Below are positions 32,116-42,848 of a DNA stretch of 64,000 bases, one piece after another. Source of the DNA: Candidatus Latescibacterota bacterium (GTDB lineage Bacteria; Latescibacterota; UBA2968; UBA8231). The notes beneath the pieces were generated by a model. The model did not search any database. It saw only the letters and a list, made by a program, of their open reading frames with translations, and was not told the DNA's origin. The stretch spans positions 96,001-160,000 of the forward strand of contig OZ242318.1 of assembly GCA_965208105.1 (NCBI GenBank), given 5' to 3'. The position numbers and the translations under genes are program-made. Position 1 is the stretch's first letter. Each line of letters starts with the position of its first letter.

Positions 32116-33380
32116 TGGACCTGAATTTCGTCGAGCTCGGGCGTTTTGCCGCAGGCATCGCGGCGGTCGCCGGGCTCTGTCTCCTGATTTTTATTCTGCG
32201 CAAGAGGTCGCCGGGCGAGGGGATCGTCCGGAGTATGCTGGAATCCGGGGTTCATTATGCCGCCGCCGGGGTACTGCTGGGATACACCCTTTTGCCGGCG
32301 CTGAGGCATTCCTCTGCCGAAACCTTGCTCCTGGCCGCGGCATTTTTCGGTGGCTGGTTCGGTTTCGCCGCCGGATGCAGTCTCGACGTGCGCGTCCTGC
32401 GCCGCCGGTCCCCGGGACTGGGGCTGCTGGAGCCCGGTCAGGCCGCACTGGTAGGAGCGTTCATCTTTCTTGCCACCCTCGCATTGGGCAGGTTCTTCGG
32501 AGCGGCCACCTCCGACCTCAAGGGAGCTGCTCTATTGACCCTCTGTGGAATCTGTGCGGCGGGCAAGCTGCATATCGGTGGTGGCTCGGTACGGGGGCAA
32601 TCCAACCTCAGGCAGGGAATCTGGCCACCGGCCCTGGCCACCACCCTGGGAATTGTTCTGGTCGGGCTGGGCACCAATCAGTTGCGCGAAGTTTCATTTC
32701 AAATCCGTCAACCCTTTGCCGATGCCACCCGCACCATAGCAGTGGATGGTCCTGGGGCGGAGATTTTTTGGAGTCTGGTGCTGGGGGCGCTTATCGGCCT
32801 GGTCGCCGACCTCCTGATAAGGGGAGTCGATGGGAGATTCCTCAATTTCCTGCTCATTGGCTCATTGATGCTGGGGACCGGAATCGCCGGAGTGCTCGGG
32901 CTCGAACCACTCTGGATTGGTCTCGCCGCGGGCATTTGGCTGATCAACACCACCCTGCGGCGGTTGGATGTCCTCGGGACCGTCGAGCGCAACCACGGCC
33001 TTGTCCAGGCAGGGGTGTTTTTCGTTGCGGGCTGGATGCTCGGCAATGGATTGGCCCAGCACCAGATGAATCCAGGTGTATTTGCCTGGGTGCTGATATC
33101 GCTCGTGGTCCTGCGTCCCCTTTCCCGATTGGCGGTCCTGCGGGCGGCCGAGCGCATCTGGGGGAGGAGCAGGTTGCAGCCCTACATGTTGGAGGGCTTG
33201 CTCGATCTGGACGCTCTGGCCTTTATCGTGGCGATGACCCTGTCCAGTATCCTGCCGCCGGGGGCGGGGCTCGGGATGTTGGGGGCGGTGATGGCCGGGC
33301 GGTTTTGCCTGCGTCCCGTCGCAATGCTGCTGCAACAATGGACCAGTTTTGGAGGGAGAAAGGCGCCTTCTCATCCCTAG
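32112..33380 (+). CDS. Polytopic membrane protein, possibly cation:proton antiporter-like
   Basis: About 12 hydrophobic helices; ATGA coupling to the upstream gene; no diagnostic motif recognised. Confidence 0.6.
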   Translation: MMDLNFVELGRFAAGIAAVAGLCLLIFILRKRSPGEGIVRSMLESGVHYAAAGVLLGYTLLPALRHSSAETLLLAAAFFGGWFGFAAGCSLDVRVLRRRSPGLGLLEPGQAALVGAFIFLATLALGRFFGAATSDLKGAALLTLCGICAAGKLHIGGGSVRGQSNLRQGIWPPALATTLGIVLVGLGTNQLREVSFQIRQPFADATRTIAVDGPGAEIFWSLVLGALIGLVADLLIRGVDGRFLNFLLIGSLMLGTGIAGVLGLEPLWIGLAAGIWLINTTLRRLDVLGTVERNHGLVQAGVFFVAGWMLGNGLAQHQMNPGVFAWVLISLVVLRPLSRLAVLRAAERIWGRSRLQPYMLEGLLDLDALAFIVAMTLSSILPPGAGLGMLGAVMAGRFCLRPVAMLLQQWTSFGGRKAPSHP

Positions 33381-33565
33381 CAGCCCGTTGATAGAGTTGC
33401 TCTGCAGGCGAGGCCGAGTCATGGCGGCCGAAGGCAAGGCCTGCGACCGAGGCGAATCGGTGGGATTCGGGGAGGGAGCGCAACGCCGTATTTGACCGCC
33501 AGGGCCGGCCGCAGCCCGGATGGACTTTTTCAACGGGCTGCCAGGCAGCGGATGGAACCGGGGGC

Positions 33566-34873
<1,308 letters not shown>

Positions 34874-34904
34874 TCAATTCCGGGGGCGTGACAGGTCGAA
34901 TTGA

Positions 34905-36710
34905 ATGGTTGATAACTTTTTAGATTACATATTGTTGAGAAAGCTGTCAAGGAGTGTGGCGGCACTGTTGATCGCGGGGGTTCTGGGTGGGGAACCCCGG
35001 GTTGCCACGGCGGTGAACGTGCCCCTCGATCACTGGGGTTACCGCCTGATCGAGCGCTTCGAAGCCCGGGGGATTCTGCGCGGCCTGGGCGATGGCATCA
35101 AGCCGTTCAGCCGCGTCGAAATGGCGCGGGCGCTGGTCGCGGTTGCCGCGGCGGAGCAAAAGGGCGCCTCTCTGACCGGGGTGGAAAGGCAGGAAGTCCT
35201 GCTCCTGTGGAGCGAGTTCAGAGAAGAGCTGGCGGCCCTGGGAGCAGAGGTGGAATCCGCGGGTGCGTCCTGGCGCGACCGCGTGCGCGGCGGGGAATAC
35301 CCCATCCACTACCGCACCGCACAGGGAGAACTCTTCGCCGACCTTCTTTTTCGCCAGCAGACAGATCTGTTCAGCGGCCGCGGGCGCTCGAAAGGGGAAC
35401 GGGTTTTCAGAAACCGGGTTGGTGGAGTGGTGCACGGGAATTTCATGCACAAGGTCGGCTACAGCATGCGCTTCGAGCAGACCAGGGAGCAGGGGAGCCG
35501 AACCTACCACCTGCGCGACGATGTGTTCGAGCGCCGCATCGAGGTGCCGCAGTTGAAGGGAGAGGTGGTTGATTTCCACGAAGGAATGGCCTCTCTCCAC
35601 TTCTCACTTCCCTTTCTCGAGGTGGAGCTGGGCAAGGGCGAGGCAGCCTGGGGGCCTGCGCCCGAGGACAACCTTGGCCTCAGCCGGAACGCTCCCTCCT
35701 TCGATATGCTGCGGCTGCGCGCGCGCTACGGAGCCTTCAAGCTGGTGAGTATCGCCGGGTCTCTCCGCCCCTGTCCCGCCCGGGGTGATTCTCCCCTTTG
35801 CTCCGGTACGGTGGATTCACTGGCCTCCTATACGGTCAACGGTCTTCCGCGCCGGCTCGAGCGCAGCAAGTACCTGGCGGCCCACCGCCTGGAGGTGGAA
35901 CTTGCCCGCTGGATCGATCTGGGATTCCAGGAAATGGTCGTCTACGGCGACCGGGGTCCGGAGATCGCCTATCTCAACCCGGTCATGTTCTACTGGGCGG
36001 CGCAGAGCTACCTGGGGGACAAGGACAACGTGATGATGGGGGTGGACGTGGACATCCATCCGGGGAATGGCATTCGTCTCTATCTCGCCTACGTGGTGGA
36101 CGACCTGAAAAAGCTGCGCATCTTCAGCAACGACTACGCCAACAAGTTCTCCCTGCAGACCGGGTTGCTTTGGGTTGACCCTTTCGGCCTCGGAGATTCC
36201 GAGATGCGGGCCGAGTACGTGCGCATCGAGCCGTGGATCTACACCCACAAATTCCCCGTCAATACCTTCCGCCACTTCGACGCGCCGCTGGGCCACGCTC
36301 TCGGGCCCAACAGCGACCGCTGGAAGTTGAGCGCGGCCAGGCGCCTTACCCGCGACCTCTCCCTTGACCTGGAGGTGAGCCGGACCCGGCACGGCGACAA
36401 CGAGCTGCTGGAGGACGGAAGCGTGATCAACCGGGGAGGAGACTTGCACCTGGGACGGCGCGCGGGAGACGAGGTCGATAGCAAGCGTTTCCTCGCGGGC
36501 AACCTGGGGAAGCGGGCGGCTGCGGGCGCGAAAATCTCCATGCGCATATGGCCCTTCCTCTTCATCGAGGCCGGCTACGAGAGCGAATGGGGCAGCAATG
36601 TGCCCCTGCCTCCGCGCTGGGGCCGCAACGTTTCCCTTCACAAGCGCTCGGGGTACGGAGACGGCCGCCAGCAGCACTTCAGCCTCGACCTGCGCTACCA
36701 GTATTTTTGA
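34905..36710 (+). CDS. Capsule assembly Wzi-family outer-membrane protein; true start probably somewhat downstream
   Basis: VPLDHW.Y..IERF...G, KPFSR.E.A, WGP....L.LS.NA, HRLE, terminal aromatic residue (YQYF). Confidence 0.72.
   Translation: MVDNFLDYILLRKLSRSVAALLIAGVLGGEPRVATAVNVPLDHWGYRLIERFEARGILRGLGDGIKPFSRVEMARALVAVAAAEQKGASLTGVERQEVLLLWSEFREELAALGAEVESAGASWRDRVRGGEYPIHYRTAQGELFADLLFRQQTDLFSGRGRSKGERVFRNRVGGVVHGNFMHKVGYSMRFEQTREQGSRTYHLRDDVFERRIEVPQLKGEVVDFHEGMASLHFSLPFLEVELGKGEAAWGPAPEDNLGLSRNAPSFDMLRLRARYGAFKLVSIAGSLRPCPARGDSPLCSGTVDSLASYTVNGLPRRLERSKYLAAHRLEVELARWIDLGFQEMVVYGDRGPEIAYLNPVMFYWAAQSYLGDKDNVMMGVDVDIHPGNGIRLYLAYVVDDLKKLRIFSNDYANKFSLQTGLLWVDPFGLGDSEMRAEYVRIEPWIYTHKFPVNTFRHFDAPLGHALGPNSDRWKLSAARRLTRDLSLDLEVSRTRHGDNELLEDGSVINRGGDLHLGRRAGDEVDSKRFLAGNLGKRAAAGAKISMRIWPFLFIEAGYESEWGSNVPLPPRWGRNVSLHKRSGYGDGRQQHFSLDLRYQYF
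34922..34950 (-). promoter_or_regulatory. Sigma-70 promoter of eno
   Basis: TTGACA-N17-TAATCT, about 65 nt upstream of eno. Confidence 0.55.
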
Positions 36711-36721
36711 GTCCTCTCGCC

Positions 36722-37825
36722 ATGTCCCTGTTTGATTTGTTGCTCACTGGCTCCGGTGCGGTGTATACCGCCGCCATCCTGTGGCTGCTGGCCGGGCTTC
36801 GACGCGGCAGGGCCCCAACCTCCCCGCGGAGCATCAGCACCAGCATCATCGTCGCCGCCCGCAACGAAGCCGGCTCCATCGAGTCCTGCCTGCAGGCGCT
36901 CAAGAGGCAGGACTACGAGGGCGCTATGGAAGTGGTGGTGATCGACGACCGCTCCCGGGACGATACCGCTGCACGGGTGCTCGAACAGGCGCGGGAATGG
37001 CCCCGTCTGAAACTAGTGCGGGCACGTGAGAAGGGGCCATTCAGATGCCCCAAGAAGAGCGCCCTGGCCCGGGGCATCGACGCCAGCGGCGGGGAGCTGC
37101 TGCTCTTCACCGATGCCGACTGCCGCCCCCCTCCCGGGTGGGTGCGGTCCACCGCCGCCCACTTTGCCGATGACGTTGGACTGGTTGCCGGATATGCCTG
37201 TTTCCGACCGGGAAAGTCAGCAAGGCTCGGCCTGCTGGCCCTGGACAACCTCGCCGTGGCCGCGCTGAGCGCCGGCAGCGTGGGGATGGGCCACGTCCTT
37301 GCCTGCACCGGCCGCAATCTGGCTTACCGCCGGCAGGTCTACGAGGAGGTGGGGGGATTCGAGTCCATAGGCCATTTGATCGGCGGCGACGATGTCTACT
37401 TCGCCCGCCTGGTTGCACGGCGCAGCGGGTGGCGCCTGGTGTACAACCGCGCCGCCGAGGCTGCCGTTCCCTGCAATCCGGGGAGTGGAGGCTGGGCCGA
37501 CCTGATGCAGCAGAAACTGCGCCATGCCTCCAAGGCCGGGCACTACCGGGGATTCGCCCTCGTCCTGGCCGCGGTGGTGTATCTGTTCCATCTTCTGCTT
37601 CTGGCCGGGGCAGCCCGGATGGCCTTGCAATGGTCATGGGATGCTCTGCTTCTGAGCGTATGGGGGGTGCGGTTCCTGGTGGATTTTATCCTGCTGTGGA
37701 GCTTCGCCCCGGTGCGCGAGCGCGGATTGATCGCCTATTTGCCCTTGCTGGAGCTTCTGTACATTCCCTATGTTCTGGTGTTCACGGTGCTGGGAAGGCT
37801 GGGCTGGTTCCGCTGGAAATCGTGA
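36722..37825 (+). CDS. Membrane GT2 glycosyltransferase
   Basis: IVAARNE, DDRS.D.T, KK.AL, TDADC, NLAYR, GDD; N- and C-terminal TMs. Confidence 0.9.
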   Translation: MSLFDLLLTGSGAVYTAAILWLLAGLRRGRAPTSPRSISTSIIVAARNEAGSIESCLQALKRQDYEGAMEVVVIDDRSRDDTAARVLEQAREWPRLKLVRAREKGPFRCPKKSALARGIDASGGELLLFTDADCRPPPGWVRSTAAHFADDVGLVAGYACFRPGKSARLGLLALDNLAVAALSAGSVGMGHVLACTGRNLAYRRQVYEEVGGFESIGHLIGGDDVYFARLVARRSGWRLVYNRAAEAAVPCNPGSGGWADLMQQKLRHASKAGHYRGFALVLAAVVYLFHLLLLAGAARMALQWSWDALLLSVWGVRFLVDFILLWSFAPVRERGLIAYLPLLELLYIPYVLVFTVLGRLGWFRWKS

Positions 37826-37838
37826 GGTAGCTGTTCCA

Positions 37839-38909
37839 ATGGCGTTTCTCCTGTCTCCAAAATCGATACCGCGCTACATCGAACGGTACGGCTATGCCTT
37901 TTCGTGGAAACGGCTGTGGAACTTCTCCAAGGTGATGGGCTCCATGGGACTCTCCTGGGCATTGCGCCGTCCCGTGGTCTGGGGCGAGCCGTTCATGCTC
38001 ATGGTGGAGCCGACCAACTTCTGCAATCTCAAATGTCCCCTCTGTCCGTCGGGCAACGGCGAGATGACGCGGGCGCGCGGCAAGATGGACCTGGATCAGT
38101 TCAAGACCCTGATCGACGGAGTGGGCGACAACCTGATCCTCCTGATGCTGTGGAACCAGGGCGAGCCCTTCATCAATCCCTGCTTCACGGAGATGGTCCG
38201 CTACGCTCATGGCAAGCGCATTCCAACCCTGACCAGTACCAACGGCCACTTCATTCGGACCGAGGAGCAGGCACGGGCGGTGGTCGAGTCCGGGCTCGAC
38301 GAGATCATCGTGTCGCTGGACGGAGTGGACCAGGAGACCTACGCGCGCTACCGGGTTGGAGGAAAGATCGAGCGTGTGTTCGACGCGGTGCGGCTGCTGG
38401 CGCGGGCCAGGAAGGATCTGGGAGTGCGCAATCCGCTGATCAACCTGCAATTCATCGTCTTCAAGCACAACGAGGAGGATCTGTCCACTGCATCGCGCCT
38501 TGCCGCCGAGCTCGAGGCGGACAAGTTCCTGGTCAAGACCGCCCAGGTCTACACCTCCGAAGAGGCCGATGCCTTTCTTCCCGAGCGCGAGGAGCTGCGG
38601 CGTTACTCCAGCACCGCGGAAGGGGATCTCGAGGTCAAGGAGCAGCCGGTGCGGGGTTGCAAGGTGCTCTGGTACAGCTCCATGGTCAACTGGAACGGGG
38701 CGGTGGCGCCCTGCTGCTTCGACAAGGACGTGGATTTCGAGATGGGTCAGGCCTTCGGTGAGCAGTCCTTTTCGCGAATCTGGAACGGCCGGGCCTACAT
38801 GGATTTCCGCCGCCGGATCCTCGACGACCGCAAGAGCGTGGACATGTGCCGGAACTGCTCGGAAGGCTACCGGGGGATGTTCTCCCTGATCGAGGAAATC
38901 CGCGGTTGA
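37839..38909 (+). CDS. Radical SAM protein with SPASM/Twitch domain
   Basis: CNLKCPLC, GEP, STNG, SLDG; C..LW..G.V.PCC.D..CRNC. Confidence 0.92.
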   Translation: MAFLLSPKSIPRYIERYGYAFSWKRLWNFSKVMGSMGLSWALRRPVVWGEPFMLMVEPTNFCNLKCPLCPSGNGEMTRARGKMDLDQFKTLIDGVGDNLILLMLWNQGEPFINPCFTEMVRYAHGKRIPTLTSTNGHFIRTEEQARAVVESGLDEIIVSLDGVDQETYARYRVGGKIERVFDAVRLLARARKDLGVRNPLINLQFIVFKHNEEDLSTASRLAAELEADKFLVKTAQVYTSEEADAFLPEREELRRYSSTAEGDLEVKEQPVRGCKVLWYSSMVNWNGAVAPCCFDKDVDFEMGQAFGEQSFSRIWNGRAYMDFRRRILDDRKSVDMCRNCSEGYRGMFSLIEEIRG

Positions 38910-38938
38910 CCTCCGCTCTTCTGCACTGACTTTTTCCC

Positions 38939-40111
38939 ATGGACCAGTTCCTGCAGGACCTGCGGCCCTTTCTCCAGGCCGCGCTCGTGGTGAGTACGGG
39001 GGTTTACGCATTCGGGGTCCTGTGGTTCGCCAGCGGAATGAGACGGTCCCCGAGGTCGAAGGGTGCTGAGCCTTCCGTGTCCGTGGTCCTCGCCGCCCGC
39101 GACGAGGAGGCCAGTATCGGCCTCTGTCTGGGCGACCTTCTCGCCCAGACCTATCCCAGGCACGCCTATGAAGTGGTGGTCGTGGACGACGGCTCCTCGG
39201 ATGGGACCGCCGAAGTAGTAGCAAAGGTGGCCGAGTCCGGCGCCGCCGTGCGTCTGCTCCACAGCGCGGATGGGGTCGGGCGGGCGGGGTCCAAGAAGGC
39301 CGCCCTGGGCCTGGGGGTGCGGTCCGCGCGCGGGGAGATCATCCTGACCACGGACGCCGACTGCCGCCTTCCTCCCACCTGGGTGCGCAGCATGGTGGAC
39401 TGCTTCGGGCCGGACGTGGGCATGGTCGCGGGGTTTTCCCAGGTTGGAAATCCCGGCGAGGTGCAGGGGGTGCGGCAGGGTTGGGAGGCGGTGGATTTTC
39501 TCTGCCTGATGGCCAGTGCGGCCGGCAGCGCCGGCCACGGCCATCCCATGGGTGCTTCCGGTCAGAATCTTGCCTATCGCAAGCTCGCTTTCGACGAGGT
39601 CGGGGGCTTTCGAAGGGTGCAGCACCGCGCATCGGGGGACGACGTCCTGCTGCTGCACCTGATCCGGCGCCTCACCTCCTGGCGGGTCGAATTTGCCGCC
39701 GAACCAGGAGCCAGTGTGGTGCATCCCTTCTCCTCGTCCTGGCGGGAGCTTCTCAGCCGCCGCGCCCGCTGGGCGTCCAACGCTCCCTACCAGTTCCTCA
39801 TGGACCCTCTCTTCTTCGCCTACCTGCTGAGCGCCTTCGGGTCCAGTCTGCTGCTGGCCGCGATGTGCGTGCTGGTGCCGGCCATGGGATGGAGCCCCGC
39901 CGTCCTGGTCGCCGCATGGGGGGGGAGGGCACTGGCGGAGGGGATTCTCTGCGGCCGCGCCTGCCACTTTCTCAGGCGTCCTGATCTTCTCCGCTACTAT
40001 CCTCTCTGGGTCCTCTCACAGCCCTTCTATACGGTGTTGATCGGTTTTGCGGGAATGCTGGGACGGTTCGACTGGAAGGGCAAGCGCCACCGCTGGGGCA
40101 GGAGCGCCTAG
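38939..40111 (+). CDS. Membrane GT2 glycosyltransferase (paralogue)
   Basis: LAARDEE, DDGSSDGT, KKAAL, TDADC, NLAYRK, SGDD, RRARW. Confidence 0.9.
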   Translation: MDQFLQDLRPFLQAALVVSTGVYAFGVLWFASGMRRSPRSKGAEPSVSVVLAARDEEASIGLCLGDLLAQTYPRHAYEVVVVDDGSSDGTAEVVAKVAESGAAVRLLHSADGVGRAGSKKAALGLGVRSARGEIILTTDADCRLPPTWVRSMVDCFGPDVGMVAGFSQVGNPGEVQGVRQGWEAVDFLCLMASAAGSAGHGHPMGASGQNLAYRKLAFDEVGGFRRVQHRASGDDVLLLHLIRRLTSWRVEFAAEPGASVVHPFSSSWRELLSRRARWASNAPYQFLMDPLFFAYLLSAFGSSLLLAAMCVLVPAMGWSPAVLVAAWGGRALAEGILCGRACHFLRRPDLLRYYPLWVLSQPFYTVLIGFAGMLGRFDWKGKRHRWGRSA

Positions 40112-40195
40112 GCGGAGAGAGGTCCCGTGCCCGGACGGCCGCTCGGACCCTGGTCCTCGATGCCGCGGGGACCGGAGTCATCGCCGCCCCTGGAC

Positions 40196-40361
40196 TAGTG
40201 TGCCGTCGCAGAAATATGTCGCCATTATTCCGCCGATCCATCCCGGCTCACGGCGTTGCCTTCACTCGCCGTACACCACTGGTACGACTCGCTCAGGCGC
40301 CTTGTGAGCCTGGCGCCTCGGCGGCCCAATTGCGTCAACCTATCTCTGCGACGGCACACTA
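40196..40361. repeat. Structured 166-bp MITE-like repeat, copy 3; overlaps the ppx stop codon
   Basis: CTAGTGTGCCGTCGCAGA...TCTGCGACGGCACACTAG; perfect terminal inverted repeat with CTAG at both ends. Confidence 0.92.
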
Positions 40362-41282
40362 GGAGAAGGCGCGCTCCAGCAGCCCGTAGCGAGTTCCCCG
40401 GGTCGAAACGATCAGGCCTGGACACTCGAAGATCTTCAGGGCCTGGCCGAGGATGAGGGCCCCCGCGGCGATGATGTCGGCGCGCGCTTCGTTGACCTGG
40501 GGGATGTTTCTGGTTTCGGCGAGGGACAGGGAGAGCAGGCAGGCGGCCAACTCCTCGACCCGCGGCCGGGTCAGAAAGTGGCCGTTGAGTTCCTCCGCGT
40601 CGAAGCGTGCGGCCTTCGCGTCGATGGCACCCAGGGTAGTCGCGGTGCCGGCCACGCCCACCAGAGCCACTCTGGGGGGATAGGGGAACAAAGAGCCCAG
40701 CGCCTCCCGGACCGTGGCCGCGGCCCGCTGCTGCATGGCGAGGGGCGGCGGCAGCACGGTGAAATAGCGCTCCGCAATTCTGACCGCCCCCACGTCCACG
40801 GACTGATACCTCTCCACCCTCTCCTTGCTGCCGATGGCCAGCTCGGTGGAGCCTCCGCCGATGTCGAGCACGCCGTAGCGCTGGGGCAGGTCGAGCCCGA
40901 TGCCGGCGCCGGCGAAGGTGAGGCGGGCCTCCTGCTCTCCGGATAGTTCAACCAGATCGATCCCGGTCTCCGCCTTTACCAGCTCGATGAAAGCGGCCTT
41001 GTTGGACGCGTCGCGCAAAGCCGACGTGCCGTAGGCGGTGACGCGCCGGGCCCCGAAGGATCTTGCCCGCCGGCGGTAGCTGTGGAGGAAAGAGCACACC
41101 CGGGCCATGGTTTCCGGTCCAATCCGGCGCCGGGCGTCCACGTCCTTGCCGAGGCGCGCGATGGCGTGGGCGTCGTCGAGTATTTCTATGGAGCCGTCCG
41201 CACCCCGGCGGCCCGTTACCATGAGGATGGTGTTGGTGCCCAGGTCGATTACCGCCCTGGCATCCTCAGCGTCGCAGGGCAT
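40359..41282 (-). CDS. Ppx/GppA phosphatase (short form, no HD domain)
   Basis: IDLGTNT, RLG, TSALRDASN, SG..EA, DIGGGSTE, GVAGT, RADII.AG, G.RYG. Confidence 0.92.
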   Translation of the reverse strand: MPCDAEDARAVIDLGTNTILMVTGRRGADGSIEILDDAHAIARLGKDVDARRRIGPETMARVCSFLHSYRRRARSFGARRVTAYGTSALRDASNKAAFIELVKAETGIDLVELSGEQEARLTFAGAGIGLDLPQRYGVLDIGGGSTELAIGSKERVERYQSVDVGAVRIAERYFTVLPPPLAMQQRAAATVREALGSLFPYPPRVALVGVAGTATTLGAIDAKAARFDAEELNGHFLTRPRVEELAACLLSLSLAETRNIPQVNEARADIIAAGALILGQALKIFECPGLIVSTRGTRYGLLERAFS

Positions 41283-42561
41283 TGCCGCGGGATTCCTCCT
41301 GACCTCTGATCAGGGCGGTCACTTCGGACGGGGTCTGGCAGTGGAGAAAGGCCTGGCGGGTCCGGTCCGAGCGCATGATGGTGGCGATCTGCGCCAGCAC
41401 CGGGATATAACTGCGGTAGTTCTGCTGCGGGGTCAGAATCAGGAAGATGAAGCGCACCGGGGTTGGCTGCGATTCCCCGAAATCTATGCCCTGCGGGCAT
41501 ATTCCAAGGCAGCCGATGATGCCGGGGAGGTCGGGGATGGGAGCGTGGGGGATGGCGATTTCGTGGCCCATGGCCGTCGAGGTCTTGCGTTCGCGCTGCA
41601 CCGCCGCGTCGAGTACCACCTGCCGCTGGGAAGCCGGCACCTGTCTTTCCTCGACCAGGGCATTCACCAGTTGAGTGATGGCGTCCCACTTGTCCTCGGC
41701 GCGAAGGTCGAGGCGAATGGTGTTGGCCCAGAAGATCTGGCTGAGCAGGGCCTTGTTGGGAATGGAGGAGCGCACCATGAGCACCGAGCTCGGAACCCGG
41801 TTGGCGATCTCGTCCGGAATGGAGCCGGCCAGATGCTCCTCCTGGCGCCAGTCGTTCGAGGCGCCGAGGACGACCAGGTCGTCGGCGCGGGCGGATTGGA
41901 CAATCGGGGAGAGGATGTCCCGGGCGGGGAGTACGGTGACGGGCACGTCGATTCCCAGGAGGTCGAGCTGCAGCTCGGTGTCATGGCGAAGCTGGCGGCA
42001 GTAGCGCTGCAGAATGGGATCGCCGCTGCTGTAGCCTGGGGCGCGGGCGATTCGCATGACCTCGATCTCGGCCTTCCATGCCCGGGCAAGCTCGTAGCCG
42101 ATCTGCAGACCCATGAGGGCGTGGCTGCCCCCTCCGGTGGGGACGAGGACGCGCTTCGCCGGCCGGAAGTTGCGGTCTTTGAAGATCAGGGTATCGAGGC
42201 GGATCTCCTTGGCCAGGGCACGATTGCGGGCGGCAAGGATGGCGACCTTCTCCACCTCGTGGTACCAGCCCATCACCATCATGTTGCACTTCCAGCGGTC
42301 CACGGCGGCCTTGATCCCATCGGTCACCGTCGAGGCTTCGACCAGGTGGGGAATGGCGTGGACCTCCTGCCCTGCCTGCACCCGCTTCATCTGCTGCAGA
42401 AGTTGCCCTGCATGCTCCTGGGAGGCGGACTCGGTGAGGATGTGGGTGAGGTGCAGCTCTCCCTTGCGGGTCAGGGCCAGAGTGGCTGCAAAGCGCACCA
42501 GGCCCTCTTCCGATCCGGGTTTTTCCAACGGCACCAGGATGCGAAGATCGGTGGGTGGCAT
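41266..42561 (-). CDS. Tandem universal-stress-protein domains fused to a C-terminal PTS EIIA domain
   Basis: RILVPL (USP1), RVLVPTGGGSH and LVVLGA..GS.PDEIA (USP2), RE..TSTAMGHEIAIPHA (EIIA); start MPPTDLR at 42561. Confidence 0.82.
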   Translation of the reverse strand: MPPTDLRILVPLEKPGSEEGLVRFAATLALTRKGELHLTHILTESASQEHAGQLLQQMKRVQAGQEVHAIPHLVEASTVTDGIKAAVDRWKCNMMVMGWYHEVEKVAILAARNRALAKEIRLDTLIFKDRNFRPAKRVLVPTGGGSHALMGLQIGYELARAWKAEIEVMRIARAPGYSSGDPILQRYCRQLRHDTELQLDLLGIDVPVTVLPARDILSPIVQSARADDLVVLGASNDWRQEEHLAGSIPDEIANRVPSSVLMVRSSIPNKALLSQIFWANTIRLDLRAEDKWDAITQLVNALVEERQVPASQRQVVLDAAVQRERKTSTAMGHEIAIPHAPIPDLPGIIGCLGICPQGIDFGESQPTPVRFIFLILTPQQNYRSYIPVLAQIATIMRSDRTRQAFLHCQTPSEVTALIRGQEESRGNALRR

Positions 42562-42848
42562 AAGGTTCGAAAGGAAGATACCGCGGGGAGCAGGAATTGT
42601 CCCAGGGGAGATTCCACACGAGGGACCACTACAACCAAAATAATATCCCGGTGAAAAAATTACCAGCATTGTGATGGGGTTGAAGACCGGGGTCGGCTCC
42701 CCGAGGCGCTGTTTCCTCAACCGGCCTGGTCACGGCGGCACCGACGGTTCCGGGGATCGCCTCCGCAGGTGCTTGACCACCCCGACTCATACCCCATTTT
42801 CTGGAAGCGTCGGGGGACGGATCCCGCTTCCGGGGATGGAGGTAGATC

